Below are positions 1 through 13,016 of a stretch of 28,706 nt of DNA, in pieces. This stretch comes from Tubiluchus corallicola (lineage: Eukaryota > Animalia > Priapulida), in assembly GCA_030141605.1 (NCBI GenBank), contig JAQGDQ010001701.1, positions 1 through 28,706 on the forward strand. The letters are read 5' to 3'. The notes below the pieces were generated by a model. It did no database searches. It was not told the DNA's origin and saw nothing but the letters and a program-made list of their open reading frames with translations. The position numbers and the translations under genes were made by a program. Position 1 is the first letter of the stretch; each line of letters opens with the position of its first letter.

Positions 1-2630
1 AAGTGATTTACCTGCACAGGTAAAAAAAATTAAAAACAGTGGCAAAATTGTCTACACAAGTGATTTACCTGCACAGGTAAAAAAAAAATTAAAAACAGTG
101 GCAAAGTTGTCTACACAAGTGATTTACCTGCACAGGTAAAAAAAATAAAAACAGTGACAAAGTTGTCTACACAGGTGATTTACCTGCACAGGTAAAAAAA
201 AAATGAAAAACAGAGGCAAAGTTGTCTGCACAAGTGATTTACCTGCACAGGTAAAAAAAAATTAAAAACAGAGGCAAAGTTGTCTACACAAGTGATTTAC
301 CTGCACAGGTAAAAAAAAATTAAAAACAGAGGCAAAGTTGTCTACACAAGTGATTTACCTGCACAGGTAAAAAAAAATTAAAAACAGAGGCAAAGTTGTC
401 TACACAAGTGATTTACCTGCACAGGTAAAAAAAAATAAAAACAGTGACAAAGTTGTTTACACAGGTGATTTACCTGCACAGGTAAAAAAAATGAAAAACA
501 GAGGCAAAGTTGTCTGCACAAGTGATTTACCTGCACAGGTAAAAAAATTAAAAACAGTGGCAAAGTTGTCTGCACAAGTGATTTACCTGCACAGGTAAAA
601 AAAAAATTAAAAACAGAGGCAAAGTTGTCTACATAAGTGATTTACCTGCAAAGGTAAAAAAATTAAAAACAGAGACAATTAAAAACAGAGACAAAGTTGT
701 CTACACAAGTGATTTACCTGCACAGGTAAAAAAATTAAAAACAGAGACAAAGTTGTCTGCACAAGTGATTTACCTGCACAGGTAAAAAAATGAAAAACAG
801 AGACAAAGTTGTCTGCACAAGTGATTTACCTGCACAGGTAAAAAAATGAAAAACAGAGACAAAGTTGTCTGCACAAGTGATTTACCTGCACAGGTAAAAA
901 AATGAAAAACAGATGCAAAGTTGTCTACATAAGTGATTTAACTGCACAGGTAAAAAAATTAAAAGCAGGGACAAAGTTGCCTACACAAGTGATTTACCTG
1001 CACAGGTAAAAAAATTACAAACAGTGGCAAAGTTGTCTACACAAGTGATTTATCTGCACAGGTAAAACAAACTAAAAACAGAGGCAAAGTTGTCTACACA
1101 AGTGATTTACCTGCACAGGTAAAAAAATTAAAAACAGAGGCAAAGTTGTCTACACAATGATTTACCTGCACAGGTAAAACAAACTAAAAACAGTGGCAAA
1201 GTTGTCTACACAAGTGATTTACCTGCACAGGTAAAAAAATTAAAAACAGAGGCAAAGTTGTCTACACAAGTGATTTACCTGCACAGGTAAAAAAATTAAA
1301 AACAGAGGCAAAGTTGTCTACACAAGTGATTTACCTGCACAGGTAAAACAAACTAAAAACAGTGGCAAAGTTGTCTACACAAGTGATTTACCTGCACAGG
1401 TAAAAAAACTAAAAACAGTGGCAAAGTTGTCTACACAAGTGATTTATCTGCACAGGTAAAACAAACTAAAAACAGAGGCAAAGTTGTCTACACAAGTGAT
1501 TTACCTGCACAGGTAAAAAAATTAAAAACAGAGGCAAAGTTGTCTACACAAGTGATTTACCTGCACAGGTAAAAAAAACTAAAAACAGTGGCAAAGTTGT
1601 CTACACAAGTGATTTACCTGCACAGGTAAAAAAATTAAAAACAGTGGCAAAGTTGTCTACACAAGTGATTTACCTGCACAGGTAAAAAAATTAAAAACAG
1701 AGGCAAAGTTGTCTACACAAGTGATTTACCTGCACAGGTAAAAAAATTACAAACAGTGGCAAAGTTGTCTACACAAGTGATTTACCTGCACAGGTAAAAC
1801 AAATTAAAAACAGAGGCAAAGTTGTCTACACAAGTGATTTACCTGCACAGGTAAAAAAATTAAAAACAGAGGCAAAGTTGTCTGCACAAGTGATTTACCT
1901 GCACAGGTAAAAAAAACTAAAAACAGAGGCAAAGTTGTCTACACAAGTGATTTACCTGCACAGGTAAAAAAATTAAAAACAGTGGCAAAGTTGTCTACAC
2001 AAGTGATTTACCTGCACAGGTAAAATAAATTAAAAACAGAGGCAAAGTTGTCTACACAATGATTTACCTGCACAGGTAAAACAAACTAAAAACAGTGGCA
2101 AAGTTGTCTACACAAGTGATTTACCTGCACAGGTAAAACAAACTAAAAACAGTGGCAAAGTTGTCTACACAAGTGATTTACCTGCACAGGTAAAACAAAC
2201 TAAAAACAGTGGCAAAATTGTCTGCACAGGTGATTTACCTGCACAGGTAAAACAAACTAAAAACAGTGGCAAAATTGTCTACACAAGTGATTTACCTGCA
2301 CAGGTAAAACAAACTAAAAACAGAGACAAAGTTGTCTACACAAGTGATTTACCTGCACAGGTAAAACAAACTAAAAACAGTGGCAAAGTTGTCTACACAA
2401 GTGATTTACCTGCACAGGTAAAACAAACTAAAAACAGTGGCAAAATTGTCTGCACAGGTGATTTACCTGCACAGGTAAAACAAACTAAAAACAGTGGCAA
2501 AATTGTCTACACAAGTGATTTACCTGCACAGGTAAAACAAACTAAAAACAGAGACAAAGTTGTCTACACAAGTGATTTACCTGCACAGGTAAAACAAACT
2601 AAAAACAGAGGCAATGTTGTCTACACAGGT
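1..2630. repeat. ~56-59 bp minisatellite, ~46 copies (mirror of 26080-28706)
   Basis: Unit aagtgatttacctgcacaggtaaaa(a/c)aa(a)(t/c)taaaaacag(a/t)ggcaaagttgtctacac; internal palindrome TTTACCTG-CA-CAGGTAAA. Confidence 0.97.
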
Positions 2631-3929
2631 GTGAAATAGCAAACTAAAGAAAATGTAAAACATCTATATGAACAAATACAAAATTGAAGAACATCGGCAA
2701 GAACATTGAAAAAATGCAAAGTTCATGTTTAATGAAAAAATAGACAGTTTACACATAAACATTTGTACGTTTTGTTATTTGATATAGTGTGAATACTACC
2801 ATAGTGTGAGTACTACTTTAGTTTGACTACAGAGGTTAAGTGATAAAAGGCTGAAAGGTCACGATATGCGCTTTGTGATAGAATTTAAGCAAAATTGAAG
2901 CTGATCAGTGAATAGCTTGCAATATTTGCAATGGTAGTTTCAATTGCCATTCACCATCACTAATGAAGCAATCTTTCACATCTGAACATGGGAAAGACCC
3001 CGCTGGTTCAGTGGCTCGTGATAGACGGTAATCTACGATAGTGAGCTAAGTTCTGGTCTTGCTACAAATACAAACATCAAGCAGACCTTACCATCAGGTG
3101 CTGGATCCCGTCTTGCAACTGAAGTACATAAATTCCTACTCACCTCTAACCTACTCACCTGCTCACAAAAATCTCTACTCAAATCTAACCTACTCACATA
3201 AATCTCTACTCACCTCTAACAAAAATGGCTTCAGCTTGTGATCCAGCAATACGTCGAAGCCAAGTATTTCAAAACAAGCACTCCCCCTGGTGTGATTCGG
3301 AAAGCAGGATCGGTAGTTGTGCTTCAGCGCGGGAAAAGCCGACAAGAGAGTCTTAATGATGACGTCGTCGATGTCGTTCCAGATTGCATCGGTGTCGTAG
3401 CCGTGTTGCTCCCACCACGTGTTGATAGTGGAAATCTTTCTGAAAAAATTGTCAAGTTTAATAGCAGAAATCTTCTCGAAAATTGTGACAAGTGCAACAC
3501 TATCAATGTTTTTGAAAATATGATCATTTTAATACAAAAACAATGAGTATTTCAACATCACATAATTAATCATTGCGCCCAATTAATATACAAGTGCAAA
3601 AATGCATCTATGGTCAAAAGACACAGTGCCAAAAACAAGAAAATTTACCTCTTGCTGCCGCTGTCGTTGTCGCGCACGAAACCTTCACTGCGCTTGTTTA
3701 TTGAGTAATTGGTTAAATGCATATAGACATTATTCTAAAACAAGAAAAACAAAATGAACAATGAAGAAAAAGATATAAAATTAATAAACAATGAAGGGAT
3801 TGTGTAGAAGTTACTAGCTCCGTTAATAGCTGATGCTTTTACTGGTTATTATCAGCCAATATAACTGATCACACTAAAAGGAATTGTTTATAATTAACAA
3901 TTTGTGTTACAGAATCTACAGCGCCATGT

Positions 3930-4985
3930 TTCTGAAACTAACTGACCAACAAAACAAATGACTGAAACTAACTGACCAACAAAACAAATGACTGAAACTA
4001 ACTGACCAACAAAACAAATGACTGAAACTAACTGACCAACAAAACAAATGACTGAAACTAACTGACCAACAAAACAAATGACTGAAACTAACTGACCAAC
4101 AAAACAAATGACTGAAACTAACTGACCAACAAAACAAATGACTGAAACTAACTGACCAACAAAACAAATGACTGAAAATAACTGACCTACAGAACAAATG
4201 ACTGAAAATAACTGACTAACAAAACAAATGACTGAAAATAACTGACCTACAGAACAAATGACTGAAAATAACTGACCTACAGAACAAATGACTGAAAATA
4301 ACTGACCTACAGAACAAATGACTGAAACTAACTGACCAACAAAACAAATGACTGAAAATAACTGACCTACAGAACAAATGACTGAAAATAACTGACCAAC
4401 AAAACAAATGACTGAAACTAACTGACCAACAAAACAAATGACTGAAAATAACTGACCTACAGAACAAATGACTGAAACTAACTGACCAACAAAACAAATG
4501 ACTGAAACTAACTGACCAACAAAACAAATGACTGAAACTAACTGACCAACAAAACAAATGACTGAAACTAACTGACCAACAAAACAAATGACTGAAAATA
4601 ACTGACCTACAGAACAAATGACTGAAAATAACTGACCTACAGAACAAATGACTGAAAATAACTGACCTACAGAACAAATGACTGAAACTAACTGACCTAC
4701 AGAACAAATGACTGAAAATAACTGACCTACAGAACAAATGACTGAAAATAACTGACCTACAGAACAAATGACTGAAAATAACTGACCTACAGAACAAATG
4801 ACTGAAAATAACTGACCTACAGAACAAATGACTGAAAATAACTGACCTACAGAACAAATGACTGAAAATAACTGACCTACAGAACAAATGACTGAAAATA
4901 ACTGACCTACAGAACAAATGACTGAAAATAACTGACCTACAGAACAAATGACTGAAAATAACTGACCAACAGAACAAATGACTGA
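3930..4985. repeat. 30-bp minisatellite, ~35 copies
   Basis: Unit actgaaa(a/c)taactgacc(t/a)aca(g/a)aacaaatg with two variant types. Confidence 0.97.
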
Positions 4986-5449
4986 TCTAAAATAAGAAGA
5001 CCTCAAATTAAATTTTCAGACAAAAGGCCTAAATTTTTTTAGTGCAACCTAATTTATACGCTTTTTCCAAGGTAGAAGGTAGGAGAAACATACGGGAAAA
5101 GATTAAGAGGGATTTAGTTTTGTAATTTTTAAATCTGAAGTTACATTCAACATAAACAATTGATCCAAACTAGACAATTTAAGATGTTTATTTTGCTTCA
5201 ATTCGAAATAACAATTTGATTCATTAAATTGAAAAAATTATATATCAAAGTAAGCTAAGTGTTTAACTATTAAAGCCATTATTACATAAAGGAAAGTTCA
5301 AATACATTAAATTGCCATTTTTTATACATCAAGTAATGATTCTAATCTTGTCTTGTTTACCACTTAGAAAATGTAAAAAACACAATTGTTCAAATTGTCT
5401 ACATAGGGCGAAAATGCAGAAGTAACTTTTCCACTTCAAAAAAATATAA

Positions 5450-6130
5450 AATAACCAATAGTGAACATCTTCACAAAACTTCCCTTTATTACAGGTATAA
5501 AATAACCAATAGTGAACATCTTCACATAACTTCTCTTTATTACAGGTACTCACCACATTCTTTATTACAGGTACTCACCACATTCTTTATTACAGGTACT
5601 CACCACATCTTCACATAACTTCCCTTTATTACAGGTACTCACCACATTCTTTATTACAGGTACTCACCACATTCTTTATTACAGGTACTCACCACATTCT
5701 TTATTACAGGTACTCACCACATTCTTTATTACAGGTACTCACCACATTCTTTATTACAGGTACTCACCACACTCTTTATTACAGGTACTCACCACACTCT
5801 TTATTACAGGTACTCACAGGTACATTACAGGTACTCACCACACTCTTTATTACAGGTACTCACCACACTCTTTATTACAGGTACTCACCACACTCTTTAT
5901 TACAGGTACTCACCACACTCTTTATTACAGGTACTCACTACACTCTTTATTACAGGTACTCACAGGTACATTACAGGTACTCACCACACTCTTTATTACA
6001 GGTTCTCACAGGTACATTACAGGTACTCACCACCCTCTTTATTACAGGTACTCACCACACTCTTTATTACAGGTTCTCACAGGTACATTACAGGTACTCA
6101 CCACAATCATTATTACAGGTACTCACCACA
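5450..6130. repeat. Compound ~25/17-bp minisatellite built from exon F donor site (minus copy)
   Basis: Unit ttattacaggtactcaccac(a/t)ctct with interspersed shorter caggtacatta units; starts at the exon boundary. Confidence 0.92.
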
Positions 6131-6525
6131 TTAACATTATTAGGATCGCTGTAACGAACAGTTGCGAATCTGGCTAGACCGTCCTTGTACACGTAAACAC
6201 GCAGCGGGTCACATGAGGTCACTAAGGCGTAAATCCGTAAATCAAACTTATACCCGTCTATTAAGAATGGCTACAAATAGAGAAACGGTTCATTTTCAAA
6301 GACGTCACAAAACTTTCAAATCAGAATTTAGAAGTTTTACCGATCAAGCTGAATTTTGCTGTTCTTGCGAAGAAGCTTGACAAATCTAATTGAAGATTAA
6401 GCAAAGTAGACAATTTGGTATAGATGGCAGAAAGCAGGCATTATACGTACAGTGTTAGCTATGTTTAGTTACACTTTAGTTTTAACGCATAACTGTTTAC
6501 CTACTACTATGGGGACTATGCTTAA

Positions 6526-6857
6526 CCCTTTCAGTCCCGACTTTTTTAAAAACACAACAAAAGCATAAAATGTGCTTCATTTTGCAACTGCTGATAATTT
6601 TTTAAAGTATTTAAGACATTTAGTTATGCATGCTATGCTGATCTGTACAAAGTCGTCTCTAAAGTACTGTACCTTATACCTATGTACTGTACGTAGATTT
6701 TCTACTTTGCCATTTTATCACTATTTTTAGTCTATTGTTATTAGCTTAAATCAAAATAACTATTAACAGATCAAATAACTGTCAGTTTTAAAATCTTATT
6801 AATTTTAAAGGCAGAAAATATTCTCGTATCCCGCGGGATACAACGGGTATGAAAGGG
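6526..6857. mobile_element. Non-autonomous piggyBac-type MITE (332 bp)
   Basis: TTAA at 6522-6525 and 6858-6861; 14-bp TIR CCCTTTCAGTCCCG / CCCTTTCATACCCG; subterminal palindrome GTATCCCGCGGGATAC. TTAA TSD with CCC termini is the established piggyBac signature. Confidence 0.8.
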
Positions 6858-7253
6858 TTAAAATTCCAGGAATGGCTGACTGTGTTAAGCGAAGCTTTGA
6901 AGGTTTATTAAGTAGAATCTTGTACTATATTGCTTAGCATTGGAAAAGAGAGATCATCAGAGGCATTTGGGGCACAAGAATCAGTGAAGTTTTTTTGGAT
7001 CATAATGAATGTGTTTCAGTGGGCGTCCAGGGAGAGCTGTTTTTTGTTTCGTTACCCCTCTAGCGAAGCTGTACATCTGGCGACGCCTGGCCGTTTTGAG
7101 GATAGGGGAAAGGTAGCCGAAACTCAAATCATCGTTCTCCTGATAATTCAAAGTGTGGCGTGGTTGTGTGTGGTGTGGACAGGTGTGCAGTCTTAACAAG
7201 TCTGTGTGGTTGTTTTGGTTCGAAGTTGAACAAGACAAAGATGTTGTTAATGT

Positions 7254-7520
7254 GATTTCAGGTTTAGAAAAACCACCGGAAAGGAGGATCTACAAGTGAA
7301 AGGGGTGCTCTATGCTCACCTATGTCTGCATACTTCCAGGTAAGTGAAATTCAGTTCTGTCAACCTTGTGCATGACGTTCTACAGACAAACCCCTGATTT
7401 CAGGTTTAGAAAAAACACAGAAAAGGTGGGTCTACAAATGAAAGGGGTACTCTATGCTCATCTACGTCTACAAATTTCCAGGTAAGTGAAATTCAGTTCA
7501 GACATTCTACAGACAAACCC
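7254..7520. repeat. ~140-bp diverged tandem duplication (single copy in right arm ~21272-21414)
   Basis: tgatttcaggtttagaaaaa...ccaggtaagtgaaattcagttc...ctacagacaaacccc occurs twice. Confidence 0.85.
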
Positions 7521-7763
7521 CAGACAGTTCTTTACCGAGCAAAGACATTTTGTTTTCAATTGAATAAGAATAAAGCATCAAAACAAATAATAAATTGTAA
7601 ATAATCCATTTATGTAAACTTGGTGCCGAAACCAAAAATACGAATAATAAAAGTTCATAATATGCTAAGCAGGAATTTCTCTCCCACACAGAAGACCTGC
7701 TCATTTCAAAAACACATTTCATTTACCTTGACCACCTTGTCTTATGGAAGCAAAAACAAAAGG

Positions 7764-8530
7764 CGCCATTATTAGTGCAGCATCAAACGAAATTTATTTG
7801 TGTCATACGTGGTTTGAAAGCTAGAAATTTTCTCTATCCAACCGTGTGTAATTTGTTGGTCAGCAGTTTAACATGTAAAAAATTCCACAACCCGATTTGA
7901 AGAAAGTATTCAGATTTTCAACGCTGCTTCGAGCAAATTCTAAATCGCCATTATTAGTGCAGCATCAAACAGAATTTATTCGTGTCGTACAAGGTTTGAA
8001 AGCCAGAAAAATTCTCTTATATTACATACTATTAAAAAATAATAGTCTTTCTATCTTTTATATCATTCCATATATGAGTTTCATTCATTACATCATTCCA
8101 TTTTAAGCACTAATATTTTCTTAATCACACGATTCACTTTAAATTTTCAGATTATTTTCATTACTTTTTTTTCTATCACTGTGTGGGACAATCTAACAAG
8201 CCCTGATTTTTGATTGCCCGCAACACATTTACCTTCGTATATAAGTGAACAGTGTTTGAGGCTTTTCCTGTGCAGTATTTCTTATTTGTATTACGTCCAT
8301 TGTAGGCCCTTTCACTAGATATTGTATATGTCACCATTGTAAATGTGTAAGGTGAAATAAATGACTTATGACTTATATAGTTTGTTAGTCAGCAATTTAA
8401 CCTGCCATTAACAACTCAAAGCTCCTAGATGGAAAGCGCAAAATAAAATTTACCACAATAATTGCACTGAAAACTAAACCGCCATTATTAGTGCAACATC
8501 GAACGAAATTTATTCGTGCCATACACCGTT
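7764..8530. repeat. Dispersed ~50-65 bp motif, 3 copies in left arm (~7764, ~7946, ~8480) and 2 in right arm
   Basis: cgccattattagtgca(g/a)catc(a/g)aac...atttatt(c/t)gtg; likely TE-internal. Confidence 0.75.
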
Positions 8531-9055
8531 TTTTTCTGTAGGTAAGTAAGTTTTACTAGTTTATCACCATTTTTTTATAATAGTAAAATAGAAAACTGAT
8601 TTATAAGTCTGAACAACATACAATAATATTAAAAAGTGCAAAAGTGATTATTGATCAGAGAAGTGAAAGGGAAGCAAAAGAACTATGAGTTATCAAGGTC
8701 AGCTGCCCTCTCAGAGTTATTAGTCTCAGAGTTATTAGTCATATTATTAATTAATTAATGCACATGCACCAAGTAATTAAACACTATTAAGGTCTTGCAT
8801 TTAAGATGATTGTTGATTAAATTGTGACAGAAAAGTTTTAGTTTCTAGTACAATAATGTTCAATCATGGGAAAGAAAAGAAGAGACAAATGTGACCATCT
8901 TAAATATTGAATTAAATTGGATTATTTTATGTATTTAACATTATTAACATTAACGTTATATTACTATTAGTATCATCTTCATTACTATTACAGTTTATGT
9001 TTATTAATGGCCTATAGGATATAGAGATAAGAACCCCAGTAATAAATTTCATATA

Positions 9056-9741
9056 TGTGTGCTTGCATAGCAAAATCGTCCATAAGTCGGCAATTAACCT
9101 TTTCTAGTTATTCACACGTCCTGAATCTTCAATTCTTGAGGATCATTTTGATACCAAGTTCATTGCTCAATGTTATTTCTAGTTATTCACATATCCTGAC
9201 TCTCCATTTCATGCGGATCATTTTGATACCATGTTCATTGCTCTATGTTATTTCTAAGCTGAGATAATCCTTGTTGAAGATTAGGTGCAGGCTACACAGA
9301 AAGCGTAATATTGAAACTGTACGAAAGGATTTTAGAAGAGCAAATTGAAGTTACGCTTAAATCCAATAGATGGCTCTTCCTGACGAAGGTCTGGTCTTGT
9401 CAATAGCAAAAACTGAAGCAAAATGGCTGCTTCCACGAGTTACAATTGGAGTTCGAAAATACAAGGCTAGTATTTTTACAGTTGCTAATTTTACAATTGC
9501 AGTGCTAGTTTCTAGACAGAAAAGTGGGTAAGGAGTTATAGCATTAGCTTTTTAATATTTTTTGTGCATTTTTCGAATAATTCAATTATAGAATATGAAA
9601 GACCAATATATTAAGTATCTGTTTTCAGACAAAATAAGAAAACGATATTTGACCAAATTTTTGGTGCTTTCTACTTTGAAGCATCAGAACGTAGTATTAA
9701 CTATGCGGACTTATGGGCGGTTTTGGTTTGCAAGCAACACA
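9056..9741. mobile_element. TA-flanked MITE (~690 bp), left arm only
   Basis: Imperfect ~45-bp TIRs (TGTGTGCTTGCATAGCAAAATCGTCCATAAGTCGGCA vs revcomp TGTGTTGCTTGCAAACCAAAACCGCCCATAAGTCCGCA); TA on both flanks; internal ~75-bp tandem duplication at ~9102-9256; no transposase. Confidence 0.72.
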
Positions 9742-10047
9742 TATGACATGAGTAAGAAAAGGGAGGAGTAACAGGACAGCAAATTACATTACTTTGAACT
9801 CGCAGCCCACAAAATGTATTCTTACTATTATTGTTTTTAGGTGTTATTATTGTGCTTTTGTTATTACTGTGCGTTTTGGTATTAGTGTCCCTATTACGTT
9901 TGAGCTGTTCTATCTTATGTACAGGATCAATGTGTCTTTTTAGCCTCTTTATGCTGTATGCTCAATAAACTAAACTAAACTATTATTATAGCTGGGTAAG
10001 TTAACTAACTAATTAATTACTTCTCATTACCATTCACACATCTATAA

Positions 10048-10056
10048 TATAATATA

Positions 10057-10140
<84 letters not shown>

Positions 10141-10144
10141 TAAT

Positions 10145-10239
<95 letters not shown>

Positions 10240-10524
10240 TAATAAGATAATAATAATAATAATAATGATAATCTTTATTTAAAGTCGGCTTTTGGGTCAA
10301 CAATTAACATTAGCTCAAACAGCTATTATCGCCGACTGTAAATAACAACCTACAACTACATAACAGAGACTATTATTACCCCACTTTTACCCTAAATACC
10401 ACGCGTCAGGCAGGGCAACAGCAGGTACCATTTTTAAAGTCTTTGGTATTACCCGGCCGCTGGTTCGAACTCACGACCTCCCAGACGGAAAGCAGACGCA
10501 TTACCACTAGACTAAGCTGTCTGG
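10048..10524 (-). mobile_element. tRNA-derived SINE, left-arm copy with tail expanded to >200 bp (AAT)n
   Basis: Mirror of 19871-20143; (AAT)n microsatellite at ~10048-10272. Confidence 0.8.
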
Positions 10525-10924
10525 TAAATTAATTAATCTAATTATTTATTTCCATTATTAATGAGCATGCATGCTGAGAATCAGCCATGATATTACAATA
10601 GCTGTTGATCAATACAGAAAATGTAAAACAGACGCACTTTTGATATGTAAACTTGGCACACGCAGTCGTCGAACGGTTTTATTTCCTTTGCATTCCTCGT
10701 GAGGAAGATTCCCCTTCCTTGACATCCCATGTCCGGCTTACAAATAAACGTTTTATTCTTCTTGCGCCGGCAGTATGACTGAAAATCACCCGAGCTGAAA
10801 TGAGTGCAGTGATCATTAGAGATGTGCAAAATGCAAGAAATATCGCTCAATAACTACGATCAATTCTACTTTCTTCCGGTACCAGATCAGATTTACATAA
10901 TAAGAGAATACAGAGTACGAGTCT

Positions 10925-10995
10925 GAAAAGTCAGAGTGGTTATCATAGAAGCTCCGAAAGCAGAAGGTCTTCGGTTCAAATCCCAATAAAAGCAT
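10925..10995 (+). mobile_element. Possible degenerate tRNA-like SINE head (mirror ~19395-19470)
   Basis: B-box-like GGTTCAAATCC at 10973-10983 with a weak A-box-like agtcagagtggt upstream. Confidence 0.3.
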
Positions 10996-11508
10996 AATTT
11001 TTTTACACTTTCTAATTTAGGATTGATTTCATGCATTTATAAGAAAGATTAGATACAGACTGAAAATGATTACAAACAACATTGATATAAGCAAAGATCA
11101 AGAAAATAAAAAAACAAGATCACAAAAAAGAAGCATAATTCAAAAATTTTGCAAAACGGTTGTCATATCAGCTATCAGCATTCTGGCAAAAGGCTCGGGC
11201 TAATAGAAAACATTTTTTGTAATTTAACTATTTAAAGATTTGTTTAAAGGTTAGACCACCATTGCTAGTTCCACAAGTTTCTCATTGCAAATAATTTTCT
11301 CTCATAAAACATGATGATACTCCTGATGATAGACATAATGATAACATGTCTCATAAAACATGATACTCCTGATGATGGACATAATGATAACAGTTAAAAC
11401 ATCAGATGGCTTGTCTAAGCCCAAAGGCGATAACGACATACAATGTTTTTAAATCACAAGTTAAAAGTGTCTATGACACAACAGTAAACAAAAGGTACGT
11501 GTTGTAAA

Positions 11509-12008
11509 CATTTTACTAATGACCAATTTATCCATGGCCATTTTACTAATGACAAATTTATCCATAACCACTTTACTAATGACCAATTTATCCATGACCA
11601 TTTTACTAGCGACCAATTTATCCATGACCATTTTACTAATGACCAATTTATCCATCACCATTTCACTAATGACCAATTTATCCATGACCATTTTACTAAT
11701 GAGCAATTTATCCATGACCATTTTACTAGCGACCAATTTATCCATGACCATTTTACTAATGACCAATTTATCCATGACCATTTTACTAATGAGCAATTTA
11801 TCCATGACCATTTTACTAGGGACCAATTTATCCATGACCATTTTACTAATGACCAATTTATCCATGACCATTTTACTAATGACCAATTTAACCATAACCA
11901 TTTTACTAATGACCAATTTATCCATGACCATTTTACTAGTGACCAATTTATCCATGACCATTTTACTAATGACCAATTTATCCATGACCATTTTACTAAT
12001 GACCAATT
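11509..12008. repeat. 30-bp minisatellite, ~16 copies (ttttactaatgaccaatttatccatgacca)
   Basis: Exact periodicity; source of the [10 protein letters not shown] and [10 protein letters not shown] ORFs. Confidence 0.96.
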
Positions 12009-13016
12009 ACATTCAATTCGCTATTAAGACATTAGTATCTTTTAAACCTTGTCAACATACTCAGCCGGTAAACACCACGTTCGCGGAAAAATGGCGTAGT
12101 CTTTCGGAAACTGTTTCAGCATCCGGTTCATGTTCCGGGATAGCAGGTCTTTCCGGCAAATCTCGCTCATTCCGGGAAAATGATTCACTTTCTGTAAGGC
12201 ACAAGAATTCTTAAGAAACAAATTGTACATTAGGCACTGGTATTTAATGGTGCAGACGCATTTGCAACCTAATGTACCATTCACATGCTTCGTGCAAGTG
12301 GGAGGGGTTCATAGCCACATTGAGCCATATCAATTCAATTCAATTCTTTTATTTCAGCATTAAGAGTGCCATATAAAAACATAAATGTACTAAATATAAA
12401 TGTACTAAAAAGATAAGTTACTACACATACACAAAGATACATAATACTATGTGTACTAATTACATGCAACAACAAATAAAGCATTTTTTTATTTAATAAA
12501 AACTATTTATAATTTTTATAATAGCAAAATTACACCATTTTTAAAATAGCAAAATACATAACTAACAGATTTATATATCTATACAACATACAATATTATT
12601 ACAAAGTAATTATTAATTAGTGGTGAAAGGGTGGCGAAAAAACTATAAGTTATCGAGGTCAGCCACCCTCAAGCCACCCATTAAAAGTTACCCACACCAA
12701 ATAAGAAAAACACCCACAAACAAAAGAAATTTGAAGTATACGACACATCAGAGTCATTAGGAATATTTGTCATCAGAGTATTGCCAGGTTTTACAATTCT
12801 GGTAAACAGACTGTAATGACATCGTATATGAATAAATTGTGGAAGAGATATATGTGTACACGGAACTGAGATGAACTGCAATCATGTTTAAGTTTAAAAA
12901 GCTGCCATTGTTGTATCATTCGTAACCCTTGTTGTGGTCACTTTCGTATTGAATATGTTAACCATGCGGGCAAATGAAAAAAGTTGGTGTTGAGTGTGTG
13001 TTAAATAAAAACTGCC

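Larger units (their letters stand above)
3214..12191 (-). pseudogene. TTLL6: 5'-truncated inverted copy (or second allele) of TTLL6-like gene: exons D 12061-12191, E 10638-10794, F 6127-6270, G 3649-3734, H 3214-3439
   Basis: All five exons are intact with preserved splice sites and the same protein sequence. No minus-strand copies of exons A-C were found. The pseudogene label is provisional, since this may be an allelic copy. Confidence 0.75.

Noticed and set aside
1-2630. CRISPR-like regular repeats with a palindromic core
   Set aside because: No unique spacers, no cas genes, eukaryotic intron context.
3238-3546. 102-aa ORF (mirror 25164-25472) and 67-aa overlapping ORF
   Set aside because: Antisense or off-frame shadows of exon H.
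3894-5006. 370-aa, 253-aa and mirrored 368-aa/251-aa ORFs
   Set aside because: Translations of a stop-free 30-bp intronic minisatellite; open in several frames with no recognisable domain.
10034-10303. Poly-Ile ORF
   Set aside because: (ATT)n tail of a SINE.
11461-12214. 181-aa and 231-aa repeat ORFs (and mirrors at 18382-18925)
   Set aside because: Arise from a 30-bp minisatellite whose copy number differs between arms; partly antisense to exon D.
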